From the NCBI GenBank assembly GCA_043803945.1, contig JAZDJN010000030.1:1-33714 (forward strand): DNA of 33,714 nucleotides. Reading direction: 5' to 3'. Positions within the stretch are counted from its first letter, which is position 1, and each line of letters starts with the position of its first letter. This DNA comes from a bacterium. GTDB taxonomy: Bacteria; Bacteroidota; Ignavibacteria; UBA10030. Under the pieces are notes generated by a model, which had not been told where the DNA came from, did no database searches, and was given only the letters and a program-made list of their open reading frames with translations. Shown one piece after another: positions 9,049-20,325 of this stretch. The position numbers and the translations under genes were made by a program.

Positions 9049-10713
9049 TCAATGTGCCGCAAGCGGAAATGCGGGTGCGATATCCGTTGGGATTTCCAAT
9101 AATTTCTTCAGAACCGATTCTATTTCTGGCCGTATCACCGAGTATCGATCAAGCAGTGCTTTCGCTTTCTCATAACTTCCCTCGGCCTGGATTGTCATGA
9201 TCTCTCCGGTCAGCTTCTTCACTGCCTCTTTCATCTTTGCTGTCTGCACCTTCCAGGTTCCGCTTGCAGCCTGGTACTCGAATGCGCCTTCATCCATCAG
9301 GTAGGTAAACTGCAACGCCATCCCTTTGGCATGGGCAGAGGCTGTGCCGAATCGTAATGTTCGGAATGAGCTTGCCAGGTATGTCACATACATCGTTTCC
9401 TCGAGCGATGGCGATAGATACCCTTTATCAATCATGGTTTGCAGCATGAAGAGTCCGGAGATATCTGCCTTTGCCTCTTCCAGGCTGGAACTGAGTTCTT
9501 TCATTGCCTGCCGAACGGTCGTCTGTTGGCCATTCACCGTAATCGTATGCGGGCCCAAGCCATGCATCAATTCGTGTGCAAGAATGTGGGTGAAAAATGT
9601 TTCAAAGGATATCTTCGATACTTGTTCACGAGTAATAACGATCTGTGAAATTGGCACGAGCACTTTTTCAAATTTAGCCTCCTGAACATTTTTCAGCATC
9701 ACCCGTTTACTTCCTTTTTCCTTCGTGATGCGTTCGTCATTGGGAAGATTAAAGGCAGCGGTCTGGACACCGGCTTTGGCTTCTCCGCCGACATACACCT
9801 CATCGACAACGCGAATCGGCGCCAGGGCACCAAGTTTTGGGTTGCGATATTTTGCCTCGATGGGGAGGAGGTTTTCAATCTCCTGCAGGTGGCTCGAAAA
9901 CATTTCTAATTTCTTCGTCTCTTCGTTGTTGCGGAGCGTAATGAACGCCTCGAATGCTGCCTTGTAATTGAAGAGGCCATCCATATAGACCTCATAGGGC
10001 CCGATGGTCGGTTCAAGTGGGCTGTTCAATTCCATCCAGGCCACATCGCTTTCATAATAATCGTTGCTCAGGAATGCATCGGCACGTTTGGAAAGAAAGT
10101 GTTTCAATCCGGCGTCAGTTGTTAGCTCAGCGGCTTCACGCAGGAGTTGTGCCGCACTCTTCAGTTGTTCGCTGTATTCATCGTTGTAGGGGACGATTCT
10201 CAATTTTCCATCTACGTCGCGGCGGATGGTTGAGAAGTATCCTATGGCTTTTTCCTGATCTGCTTTGGATAACGAGGCAAGCCAACGCGTAAACTCCTCC
10301 TTTGTCAAGTCGCCGGGGTAAAAGTTCGCCGCATCCGGCCGGGTTGGCACACCCTCAATGAAGGGTTCGTTCTTATCGAGATCCGACCAGGGCCCCATGT
10401 TAATCCAGTAATAGCGCAGGCGTAATTTTCCTTCCGGCGATTGATCAACCTCGAGTTTCTGTAACAGAGAGTCGTTTTTGCTCCACGCCTGCCGGAGATA
10501 GAGTTTATCCATCAGATTTGCCGCTGCGATGAGCTTTTCGAGAGCTTTACGGTCGCCTTCCGAAAGCCTGGAAACATCGGCCGTGATCTCAACAGGGGCA
10601 AAGCGGTTTATCTTTGCTTGAAGTTCTGCAGTAGTCTTCATTTCAGTTTTCTGACATCCTATCAATCCGAACATGAACATGAGCAAGAACGATGCATTTT
10701 GCATTCCAGACAT
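9049..10713 (-). CDS. Peptidase M49 (dipeptidyl-peptidase III-like) lipoprotein
   Basis: Lipobox LIGC; IGPYEVY.D.LF.YKAAFE, AAFNLPNDE, HELMHGLG, LEEAKADISGL. Confidence 0.85.
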   Translation of the reverse strand: MSGMQNASFLLMFMFGLIGCQKTEMKTTAELQAKINRFAPVEITADVSRLSEGDRKALEKLIAAANLMDKLYLRQAWSKNDSLLQKLEVDQSPEGKLRLRYYWINMGPWSDLDKNEPFIEGVPTRPDAANFYPGDLTKEEFTRWLASLSKADQEKAIGYFSTIRRDVDGKLRIVPYNDEYSEQLKSAAQLLREAAELTTDAGLKHFLSKRADAFLSNDYYESDVAWMELNSPLEPTIGPYEVYMDGLFNYKAAFEAFITLRNNEETKKLEMFSSHLQEIENLLPIEAKYRNPKLGALAPIRVVDEVYVGGEAKAGVQTAAFNLPNDERITKEKGSKRVMLKNVQEAKFEKVLVPISQIVITREQVSKISFETFFTHILAHELMHGLGPHTITVNGQQTTVRQAMKELSSSLEEAKADISGLFMLQTMIDKGYLSPSLEETMYVTYLASSFRTLRFGTASAHAKGMALQFTYLMDEGAFEYQAASGTWKVQTAKMKEAVKKLTGEIMTIQAEGSYEKAKALLDRYSVIRPEIESVLKKLLEIPTDIAPAFPLAAH

Positions 10714-10835
10714 AGTACACTCCTTTTCCTGAGAGAGCCGGCAGGTTTCATGGTGTGATAATCACTCTGTTGAAAGTACGCGTTAAAGGATGGAGAATCA
10801 AGCAATCGGCATTCTTCACGATCGTTGCTGCAACA

Positions 10836-11732
10836 TCAAACCGCATAGTTGAGTATTTTCATGACCAATTTTGCCGCAGTCAGATCTGCATGATGAAGAA
10901 TCCGGATCGGTGCAAATTCAACGACCTCAAATCCGACAATTGTTTTTTTCTCTCCCACCTTTTTCAGCAGACGCATGACCTCATCCCACAGCAGTCCGTT
11001 TGGCTCGGGTGTTCCCGTTGCCGGCATAATCGAGGGGTCGAGTCCGTCAATGTCGAAGCTGATGTAGACCTGATCCGTTAATGCATCGACAACCCGGTCA
11101 TCCCACTTCATTGATCCCTGATCGAGCAGGCCGTTCCGGATTTGGTAGGCGTAAAATGTTTGAACACCGCGCTCAATGATGAACTCTGCCTCTGGCCGTT
11201 CCTGAGCGCGAATGCCGACCTGAACAAGCTTATGCGGATTGAGAAACTCGCAGACGCGCGCCATCACACATGCATGACTGTAGCGATTGCCCTGATATTC
11301 CTGACGGAGATCGGAATGAGCGTCGAAGTGGAGCACTGAAAGATTGGGAAATTTATTTGCATGGGCGGCAATCGTTCCGGCTGAGATTGTGTGTTCTCCG
11401 CCGAGACTGACCACAAATTTGTCTTGGTTCAGCAGTTCGGTGACCCGTTTTTCAATCATATCGATTGCCGGTTTATCTTTTTTCTTGCCGAAGTTGATCG
11501 GCGGCAGCGTTGCAATGCCGACCTGTGTATGGACTTCCTTCCGGGTTTCCTCATCATAGAACTCCACATAATGTGAAGCTTTAATGATTGCTGCAGGGCC
11601 TTTTGCTGTTCCCCCGCCAAAACTTACCGTGTGCTCGTAGGGAATGGGCAGGATAACAACTTTCGACGTCTCAAATGCACCAGATGATTTACCGGTCTTG
11701 AGAAAATTCCGGCTGCCGTCAACGACTTTCAT
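10836..11732 (-). CDS. speB: Agmatinase (ureohydrolase family)
   Basis: GGEHTIS, FDAHSDLR, SFDIDGLDPSIMPATGTPEPNG; ATG 11732 preceded by GAAGGA. Confidence 0.9.
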   Translation of the reverse strand: MKVVDGSRNFLKTGKSSGAFETSKVVILPIPYEHTVSFGGGTAKGPAAIIKASHYVEFYDEETRKEVHTQVGIATLPPINFGKKKDKPAIDMIEKRVTELLNQDKFVVSLGGEHTISAGTIAAHANKFPNLSVLHFDAHSDLRQEYQGNRYSHACVMARVCEFLNPHKLVQVGIRAQERPEAEFIIERGVQTFYAYQIRNGLLDQGSMKWDDRVVDALTDQVYISFDIDGLDPSIMPATGTPEPNGLLWDEVMRLLKKVGEKKTIVGFEVVEFAPIRILHHADLTAAKLVMKILNYAV

Positions 11733-11777
11733 AACTGTTCCTTCATGCAAGTGGGGAGATGTAAAATAGATGGCGCA

Positions 11778-11806
11778 AATATATTTGAAACAGCATGGAA
11801 AAGCAA
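11778..11806 (-). promoter_or_regulatory. Probable promoter of the speB-M49-thyX-folA run
   Basis: Minus strand TTGCTT-17 nt-TATATT(TG); also fits TAnnTTTG. Confidence 0.5.
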
Positions 11807-11969
11807 GACACTATACCGGATTTCAATGCTTTGAACAGAGGTCGACATCGGATTGCCTCTCTTTGTCTTTGCTCATTATTTCCTTACTTTCCTGTATGAG
11901 TTGAAGTGATTGGATATTGGGATGGAAAGAAGCTTCATCGTAAAGAAATATTAGAAAGACACTCTTGAT

Positions 11970-12311
11970 ATGAAAAGTCTCCTTGTTTCAATCATCATCG
12001 GTTTTCTTGCAGGTTATATTGGAGCCTGGCTGTTTAAAAAAGTAGCCAAGATCGTTGCTTTCTTTATTGTCCTTGGAATAATTCTCTGCGGGATTCTCCT
12101 GTATTTTCTCATCCATCAGGGGATCATCGAATCATCTCAGCTGGTCGATCTACTCTCTACTTTATCAGTGCCGGAGCTATCAATTCCCAGCCTCTCAAAA
12201 GACTCTCCGTTTATCGCGTGGGCTTTACAGCATCTCCCATTTACCATCGCCGGCCTCATTGGTGCATTCCTCTATTTTTTCGGGAGAAGAGAGCCAAAAG
12301 GAGATTCTTAA
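11970..12311 (+). CDS. Small membrane protein, FUN14-like
   Basis: GFLAGYIGAWLFKKVAKI...QGII pattern; about 3 hydrophobic segments. Confidence 0.65.
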   Translation: MKSLLVSIIIGFLAGYIGAWLFKKVAKIVAFFIVLGIILCGILLYFLIHQGIIESSQLVDLLSTLSVPELSIPSLSKDSPFIAWALQHLPFTIAGLIGAFLYFFGRREPKGDS

Positions 12312-12402
12312 GAAAAACGGGGAGCCCCCTTCACAGGGTTCGTTACTCATGAGGATGGTTCCACTTTCGTTCTTTGCCTCACTGGTGTGACGATGTTTCA
12401 TC

Positions 12403-12431
12403 TTGACAAATACGGCAATTGTTACGATAAT
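12403..12431 (+). promoter_or_regulatory. Near-consensus sigma70 promoter
   Basis: TTGACA-17 nt-GATAAT, 15 nt before ATG 12447. Confidence 0.55.
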
Positions 12432-12446
12432 GAACCGCACGTTCTT

Positions 12447-12953
12447 ATGAATATCTCACGGACAGCAATATATCTCGTTACACTCTCGCTCGTATTTCTC
12501 TGGTGCCTCGGCATTGCCGCTGCACCGCTTGGAACTTCCCTGCTGGGGGAAAATGTCGGATCCTCTGCGCTCTATGCATTCTATAGCAAGATCTGCCATC
12601 AAATGGAAAGCCGTTCTTTCCACATAGGAGGAGAGAAGTGTGGTGTTTGTATTCGTTGCACCGCAATTTATGGCAGCTTTTTGCTCGGACTCGCTCTCTA
12701 TCCTCTGATAAGGAAATTTAGTACGACCTCCGTTCCTCACAGAGTCTGGTTTGTTGTCGCTGTTGCCCCAATGATATTCGATGTAGCATTAAGCGTTTTG
12801 GGAATTCACACGAGCACATGGCTGACACGCACACTGGCGGGTGCAGTTTTCGGACTTGCTATGCCATGGTTTCTTATGCCATCCTTGCTTGATGCCGTTA
12901 TTCAATTGCAGCTCCGGAGAAAAATCGGAGTAAAGAATACTGTCTCTCATTGA
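12447..12953 (+). CDS. DUF2085-family membrane protein
   Basis: ICHQ...RSF....VCIRCTAIY signature plus several TM helices; start moved downstream of the promoter. Confidence 0.8.
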   Translation: MNISRTAIYLVTLSLVFLWCLGIAAAPLGTSLLGENVGSSALYAFYSKICHQMESRSFHIGGEKCGVCIRCTAIYGSFLLGLALYPLIRKFSTTSVPHRVWFVVAVAPMIFDVALSVLGIHTSTWLTRTLAGAVFGLAMPWFLMPSLLDAVIQLQLRRKIGVKNTVSH

Positions 12954-12971
12954 ACATGGAGAACAAGACCT

Positions 12972-13514
12972 ATGATAGAGAAACCTGAAAAACTGAAAAT
13001 TGCTCTTATTGGTGGTACAGTAATCGGTGTCGTATCTGGAATACCCGGACTCAGCCTTGTAAACTGCTGCTGCTGCGCAGGAATCTGGCTGGGTGGAATG
13101 CTCACGATGTATCTTTACGTGCAGCAATACACAGACGAGATGCAGCCGCTGGAATCTTCCGATGCTCTCTTGTTGGGATTAATGTCGGGATTGATCGGTG
13201 CGGTGATTGCAACAGGAATTGGTGTGATGATCCAGGTGTTGTTCGGACCGTTGCAGGAACAAATCGTCAAACCGTTTATGGAGAACATTATTAATCGTAT
13301 GAGTGAATCAGGAGGTATGCCCAGTGAAGCTCTCGACCAGATGAGAGACGAATTCGATCGATCGTTTCGGGATTCTCAAACCATCTCCGGCGTCATCGGC
13401 GGTCTATTTATTGCTCTTATTGTTTATCCCATTTTCTCAATCATTGGCGCCTTGATTGGCTATGGTCTCTTCCGTCCAAAGCAGAAACCACAAGAACCGT
13501 TACCGCAAGTGTAG
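12972..13514 (+). CDS. Membrane protein with NCCCC motif (unknown function)
   Basis: GGAG RBS; about 4 TM helices; IPGLSLVNCCCCAGIWLGG. Confidence 0.8.
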   Translation: MIEKPEKLKIALIGGTVIGVVSGIPGLSLVNCCCCAGIWLGGMLTMYLYVQQYTDEMQPLESSDALLLGLMSGLIGAVIATGIGVMIQVLFGPLQEQIVKPFMENIINRMSESGGMPSEALDQMRDEFDRSFRDSQTISGVIGGLFIALIVYPIFSIIGALIGYGLFRPKQKPQEPLPQV

Positions 13515-13523
13515 GGAAACATA

Positions 13524-13958
13524 ATGCGTACCATTGTTCTCTTTGTGATACTCTCGGTGTGGTGTCTCTCACTCTCTGCACAATCCGATGAGTCTTCGAT
13601 ACGGAAGGTCCTGATAAACCAGGTCGAGGCATGGAACCAGGGGGATGTTGAAGGATATATGAAAGGGTACTGGGAATCTGATAGCCTGATCTTTGTCAGC
13701 GGAGGAACACAAACGCGCGGCTATGCCAATACTCTCGAACGCTACAAAAAGGGATATGACACAAAAGAAAAAATGGGAACATTGACATTCTCGGAGCTTA
13801 TGATTCGTCAGGTGACTCCAGCGCTTGCCGTTGTGACAGGAATCTGGCGATTGAAACGCGTGCAGGACGAACCCTGGGGGAGGTTTACACTTCTGGTCGA
13901 AAAGAAACCACAAGGGTGGCGAGTGACATACGATCACACGTCATCGGCAAGTAAATGA
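13524..13958 (+). CDS. Secreted NTF2-like / SnoaL-like (DUF4440-type) protein
   Basis: Signal peptide; AWNQGDVEGYM, G.FTL...GWRV.YDHTS. Confidence 0.85.
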   Translation: MRTIVLFVILSVWCLSLSAQSDESSIRKVLINQVEAWNQGDVEGYMKGYWESDSLIFVSGGTQTRGYANTLERYKKGYDTKEKMGTLTFSELMIRQVTPALAVVTGIWRLKRVQDEPWGRFTLLVEKKPQGWRVTYDHTSSASK

Positions 13959-13981
13959 GGAACTCTCTCTGAAAGACATTG

Positions 13982-14010
13982 TCCACGAAGGAATACGAAT
14001 TTACACGAAG
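13982..14010 (+). repeat. Orphan CACGAA-unit arm
   Basis: TC-CACGAAGGAA-TACGAATTTA-CACGAAG; same 10-nt periodic unit as the arm upstream of the GxxExxY gene. Confidence 0.55.
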
Positions 14011-14044
14011 GCGTTGAGAAAAAGATTCTCAGCGCCTTTTTTTT
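14008..14044 (+). terminator. Rho-independent terminator
   Basis: AAGGCGTTGAGAA-aaaga-TTCTCAGCGCCTT then a T run; lies between convergent genes. Confidence 0.85.
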
Positions 14045-14128
14045 GAATGCCAGAAGTTAAGGAGAAGGGAATTCTGGGATTGAAAAATACGTTGTCATGC
14101 ACTATGTAGAACAAGGTAACGATTTGTT

Positions 14129-15475
14129 CTACTTTTTTTTCATCAGATCGAGTACTATCGAGCTGAGAGCGGTGACCCCGGTACGGATTGTCGGTTCCGG
14201 GACAGGAGCATAGCCGCTCGAATGCAGTGGAGGGAGCTGCTTCCCTGCAGCTTTTGCCGAAGCAACGATGTTCGGATCGGCATTCCCCAGCCAGAAAATA
14301 GTTGATGGGATTGTATGATCGAGATTGTAATAACCGAAATCTTCACCAACCATTGCCGGTTCTGCCTGAAGGACATTTTCTTTCCCCAGGACTTTCCGTA
14401 TGGCTTCGGCAGCGCGACGAGCAAACGCAGGATCATTGTACGTTGCATCGATATGTTCACCATCATCGACAATCATAAGAGGAAGCCGGTCTTGAGCCAT
14501 TCCGGTGGCATGGGCAATTCCATCAGCGATTCGTTTAATCGAAGCAAGAATTTTTTGCCGCACCTCTTCCTTGTACGCGCGAACTGTTAATTGGAGGTGA
14601 ACTTCGTCGGGAATGATGTTGTGTTTTGTCCCGCCATGAATTGAACCAACGGTAACGACGGCGGGATCGAGTGGAGAGTTCTCGCGGCTCACTATTGTTT
14701 GCAGCGCCAGCACTATCTGCGAGGCCATCACAACGGGATCTTTTGTTGTCTGAGGCAGTGCTCCGTGTCCGCCTTGCCCGCGAACGATGAGATCAACAGA
14801 AGTAACGCTTGCCGCCACATATCCTTCAACGAAAGAAACTTTGCCTGTTTCGAGAAATGCGTCGTTGTGAAGAGCAAGTGCATAATCCGGTTTTGGAAAT
14901 TTGCTGTAAAGCCCGCCGCGTAACAATGCCTTCGCGCCGGAGCCGCGTTCTTCCGCGGGCTGCCCGATCATGATCAACGTCCCGCTCCATCGATCCTTAA
15001 GCGTGGTTAGGAGTTTTGCTGTTCCTATGAAGACTGTCATATGCACATCATGGCCACAGGCATGCATAACCGGAACATCATCTCCTGTGTCGTTCTTCAT
15101 TTGTACCTTGCTTGCATAGGGCAGAGAGGTTTTTTCTTCGATGGGCAATGCATCCATATCGGTACGAAGCAGAACAACCGGGCCTTTTCCGTTCTTTAAA
15201 ATACCCACTACTCCGTAACTGATTCGGTGAGGATCATCATAGGAACCGAATCGTTCGGTTACATCGAAGCCAAGTGATCGGAGTTCTTTCGCTATCAGTG
15301 CAGAACTTTTTTCTTCATGAAACGAGAGCTCAGGGTTTTGATGGAGCGTTGTGTACGTTGTTAAAAGTTGAGGAAGACATGAATCGATTAATTGCTGAAC
15401 GGATTGCTGTGCCGTGAGAGATGAACAGCAGCAAATAATCAGGGACAAGAATAGTGTTGATTGATGGTTGCGCAA
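14129..15475 (-). CDS. M20D-family amidohydrolase with signal peptide
   Basis: LHQNPELSFHE, RTDMDALP, MHACGHDVH, QPAEE, GEDF, PLHS. Confidence 0.92.
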   Translation of the reverse strand: MRNHQSTLFLSLIICCCSSLTAQQSVQQLIDSCLPQLLTTYTTLHQNPELSFHEEKSSALIAKELRSLGFDVTERFGSYDDPHRISYGVVGILKNGKGPVVLLRTDMDALPIEEKTSLPYASKVQMKNDTGDDVPVMHACGHDVHMTVFIGTAKLLTTLKDRWSGTLIMIGQPAEERGSGAKALLRGGLYSKFPKPDYALALHNDAFLETGKVSFVEGYVAASVTSVDLIVRGQGGHGALPQTTKDPVVMASQIVLALQTIVSRENSPLDPAVVTVGSIHGGTKHNIIPDEVHLQLTVRAYKEEVRQKILASIKRIADGIAHATGMAQDRLPLMIVDDGEHIDATYNDPAFARRAAEAIRKVLGKENVLQAEPAMVGEDFGYYNLDHTIPSTIFWLGNADPNIVASAKAAGKQLPPLHSSGYAPVPEPTIRTGVTALSSIVLDLMKKK

Positions 15476-15486
15476 ACGTAATTCCC

Positions 15487-16716
15487 TTATCTCTGTAGCC
15501 TGATTCTAAATGTTGTTCCAATGCCAGGTTTACTCTCTTTGAGGGTAAGCTTCCCACGGTGGTAAGATTCAATAATGCGCTGGGCCAGACTGAGTCCCAG
15601 GCCCCAACCCCGCTTTTTAGTCGAAAAGCCCGGGCGGAAGATATCATTGCGATGCGAAGGATCGATACCTTTTCCGGAATCAGTAACCTCAAGGTAGAGG
15701 TACTCTCCCTTTTCGAAGAAGGAAAACGAAATCCTGCCCTCTTCCTTTTCAATGGCATCGAGTGCATTCTTCACAAGATTTTCAATGACCCATTCAAAAA
15801 GCTCCCGGTTCACACGGGCTATGAGCGGTTCACTCTGAGTGAGTGTCAATTGAACTTTCTTTTCAGTCTGAGGAATCCGGCGCTGAAAGTAGAGAATCAC
15901 CTTCTCAATAATTTCGACAAGGTTTTCCTCTTTCAAATCCGGCTTGGAGCCGATTTTTGAAAACCGGTCGGCCACTTTCTGCAAACGTTGAAGATCGTTC
16001 TCCATATCGCGGATAGTCTCGGTAATCTTCGAGTTCTCCTCCGATTGCTGTCGCAGAAGTTCTACCCAACCCATCATGCTCGAGAGCGGTGTACCGAGCT
16101 GGTGAGCCGTCTCGCGCGCCATCCCCACCCAGATGCTGCTTTGTTCATTCTTTTTCACATAGCTGAAGCTGATATAGGCGATCAGGATAAAGAGTGCCAC
16201 CACGGCGAACTCGATGTAGGGCAAACGGCGCAATTTGGAGATGAGCGGTGACTCGCCGTAATGAATGTAATTAAGAACTCGATTGCCCAGGCTCACCTTG
16301 ATCGGTTTATTCTGCTCATCCATTTCGGCGATGAGCATCTTCAGATACAGGTACTTCTGTTGATCGGTGAGGGAGGAATCAAGGTCAATGTTCTTGAAGG
16401 AGCCGGGATCCCAGGGAGTCGGTTCGTCGTTGGAATCCGTTTGAATCACCGGAAAATCAATGGTCTGAACCACACGATCGAAGACAAAACTGAAGTCGCC
16501 TCCCTGATTTTTATCGTTGGCGATGTACTCGAGAGAGGGAGCATAGATCTCGGTAACAATTTTTCGAGCCTTTTCCTGCAGTTCACTGACAATCTGATGG
16601 GAGTACCAAAGCGTGCCGGCAACAATAACGAACGCAACAGCAAGGAGAACGACTTTGATATTGCTTGTTGATGCCGGGTTTCGTTTTGGCGGAGTATCGA
16701 GCGACCGTAGTGACAT
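15487..16716 (-). CDS. Membrane sensor histidine kinase
   Basis: Two TM helices; H-box ETAHQLGTPLS, N-box NLVKNALDA, DSGKGI, F.PGFSTK, GWGLGL. Confidence 0.95.
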   Translation of the reverse strand: MSLRSLDTPPKRNPASTSNIKVVLLAVAFVIVAGTLWYSHQIVSELQEKARKIVTEIYAPSLEYIANDKNQGGDFSFVFDRVVQTIDFPVIQTDSNDEPTPWDPGSFKNIDLDSSLTDQQKYLYLKMLIAEMDEQNKPIKVSLGNRVLNYIHYGESPLISKLRRLPYIEFAVVALFILIAYISFSYVKKNEQSSIWVGMARETAHQLGTPLSSMMGWVELLRQQSEENSKITETIRDMENDLQRLQKVADRFSKIGSKPDLKEENLVEIIEKVILYFQRRIPQTEKKVQLTLTQSEPLIARVNRELFEWVIENLVKNALDAIEKEEGRISFSFFEKGEYLYLEVTDSGKGIDPSHRNDIFRPGFSTKKRGWGLGLSLAQRIIESYHRGKLTLKESKPGIGTTFRIRLQR

Positions 16717-16791
16717 GGGGCTGTATCGATTATTCTTTACTTATGGGATGAGAAATTCCGGAGCGGCTTGATTCCCGGAAGCATCCGGTTA

Positions 16792-18123
<1,332 letters not shown>

Positions 18124-18242
18124 TCATCCATCCATCGATACACTTCTCGATGAATCAGGCTGGAATGAACGACAAAGTGTAGGGAAAAAATGAACGAAAG
18201 ACAAGGAAGTCTCAACGACCACTAAACCGTTCGCTGCCGGAA

Positions 18243-18292
18243 AGAAGTCCGTCTTTTTACAGAGATTGATCAGCGGCAAAAGACGGACTTCT
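18243..18292. mobile_element. 50-bp palindrome, MITE/IS-end-like
   Basis: Perfect 15-bp IR AGAAGTCCGTCTTTT / AAAAGACGGACTTCT with a 20-nt spacer; the arm matches 163-176. Confidence 0.6.
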
Positions 18293-18306
18293 ATATACCC
18301 TCGCGA

Positions 18307-18340
18307 ATCCCCCTGTATCCCCCTTTGCGAAAGGGGGATA
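18307..18340. repeat. REP-like hairpin with duplicated half-site
   Basis: ATCCCCCT-g-TATCCCCCTTT-gcg-AAAGGGGGATA (11-bp perfect stem). Confidence 0.65.
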
Positions 18341-18475
18341 AATTTTATGTTGTACCTGACGGTATTTTGCTATTGTTCATCGTGATAGTATTCGATGTGC
18401 AGTGAACATTCAGGATTCAACGTTACACTCATTTGAGAAGAATGCTTTTCTTTGTGAGGGTGTTCTTTCCATCGA

Positions 18476-20029
18476 TTACAAGCGTATGTAATAATTGCCC
18501 GATGAGACTTTTACTCCGGATGCTGTTGTTCCATCCCAGCCAACGTGATGCTTACCAGCTTCCTGAAGACCATTGAATAGTCTCAGTACCTCTTTTCCTA
18601 AGCAGTCATAAATAATTACCGAGACGGAGGCACGTTTGCTTAGTTGGTATTCGATCGTCGTCGATGGGTTGAACGGATTGGGATAGTTTTGGAGGAGAGA
18701 ATATGTATCTGGTGGCTGTTCATTCCCCTGGATACTCGTCAGATACCTATTACCACTTAGAATGACAAAATAGCCAATATCCCCTCCGGGGCTATAATCA
18801 TAAGGAGCAGAAAAACCAAAATCATCAACACCGTCTCCATTGATATCTCCCAGAGCCGAAATATATATTGCTAACACACCGCTTATGGCCCGCGCTGCTT
18901 TCCATTGAGTTGGTGGTTTTGACTTACCTAAGTAGACTATAATTCCAGGACTTCCACTAAAGCCGGCAGTAATATAAAAATCTTCAACTCCATCACCATT
19001 AAAATCTCCTATTCGATCTGCATTTACTCCAAGCGATGTCACAAACCCAGGATCTGGATTGGGAAAAATCATATCTGGGCCCCAATGGATGGAATCTTCA
19101 CGACCAAAAAATACATATCCGTTATCGCCATTCGTGCCCTGGAAATATAGATCCGCTTTACCATCATAATTGAAATCCATCGCAGAGAACTCATATATAT
19201 TTTGAATCCCATAGAAAAATTTCGATGGTAATAATTGGTATGAATTCTCTCTCGAAAACGTCCAGTTCTTTTTCCCATAGAATATTTCTAACGTCGGCAC
19301 CTTTAATAAATTTTCACTTGCGCTGACAGCTAAATCACCGATACCATCGCCATTAAAATCTTTAATCTTGATACGATATCCAAACTCTCTTCCCAGCAAA
19401 TAGCCAAGCCTTCCTTCAAGTGATTGGTCACACTTACCATCGAAATATTTCTTCCCGAAATAGACATAGACCTTTCCAGGATTATGACCTGGTGCACCAA
19501 TGACCACATCATTATATCCATCACCATTCAAATCGCCGATAGCGAAAGATCGTCCAAAATAACCCCCCTCTCCACCTATTACACATCCTGGAATGGTATC
19601 AATTCGCAAGGGGGAATTCGATTTTCCAAAATAGACATAGACGCTGTCAGAAGCTGAGACCATACTGTCTTGCCGAATCAAAAAACCATAGGCAGGCGTA
19701 AGAGTAAATAAATCTTTAATCCCATCACCATTAACATCAGCAAAACCAAGAGGCCATGATCCCTTAATCATCACATCAGATTTTTGGTCGAGAATACCAG
19801 GGCCTCCAAAGTAGATCAAGGTCTTTTGAAGTCCTGCTGCACCAACAGCGATATCAGGCCATGTGTCATTGTTAATATCGCCAAGCCCGAGAAATCCTGT
19901 TCCTAATTCCCAGTAGGGATTCGTTTGACCCCAGTTCTCCATGATTGTCGTAATTGGGTAGAATTGAGCGTATGAAATGTTAAAAACAATGAAGCAGGAA
20001 ATGGAAAGTAACGTTACTTGTTTAGCCAT
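18476..20029 (-). CDS. FG-GAP (integrin-alpha beta-propeller) repeat protein with T9SS-type C-terminal domain, frameshifted near the 3' end
   Basis: Signal peptide; about 7 DxNxDGxxD repeats, FG..GAPG; NYPNPFNP domain ends abruptly at YYIRL*, while VIDGKNTLTKKSILLK* continues in another frame to 18429. Confidence 0.88.
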   Translation of the reverse strand: MAKQVTLLSISCFIVFNISYAQFYPITTIMENWGQTNPYWELGTGFLGLGDINNDTWPDIAVGAAGLQKTLIYFGGPGILDQKSDVMIKGSWPLGFADVNGDGIKDLFTLTPAYGFLIRQDSMVSASDSVYVYFGKSNSPLRIDTIPGCVIGGEGGYFGRSFAIGDLNGDGYNDVVIGAPGHNPGKVYVYFGKKYFDGKCDQSLEGRLGYLLGREFGYRIKIKDFNGDGIGDLAVSASENLLKVPTLEIFYGKKNWTFSRENSYQLLPSKFFYGIQNIYEFSAMDFNYDGKADLYFQGTNGDNGYVFFGREDSIHWGPDMIFPNPDPGFVTSLGVNADRIGDFNGDGVEDFYITAGFSGSPGIIVYLGKSKPPTQWKAARAISGVLAIYISALGDINGDGVDDFGFSAPYDYSPGGDIGYFVILSGNRYLTSIQGNEQPPDTYSLLQNYPNPFNPSTTIEYQLSKRASVSVIIYDCLGKEVLRLFNGLQEAGKHHVGWDGTTASGVKVSSGNYYIRL

Positions 20030-20079
20030 GGATGAAACTCAAATGAGTGCGTAGGCTGACTCAAAAGTATTTTCTAGTG

Positions 20080-20137
20080 CGAAGGCGTCCTCGCCGAGCA
20101 TAATAATTTCACTATTTCCCTCTGCGAGACGCCTTCG
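20080..20137. repeat. REP-like inverted repeat pair
   Basis: CGAAGGCGTCCTCGC ... GCGAGACGCCTTCG (one indel), 29-nt spacer. Confidence 0.55.
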
Positions 20138-20325
20138 GGTTAGTGTTATATTTTCTTTTTAGTCACCCTTAGAAAATAAATCAACTGGAATCATTCATTA
20201 CAGGGATCTATCGGTTACAACCTCGCTTACAGTGCAATGCAATAATAGGGAGAAGGAACCTCGATATCAAGCAGCTTCATGAGTCAACCGGATGAAATCT
20301 CGTTGACAAGCCGAACCCGTGGGAA

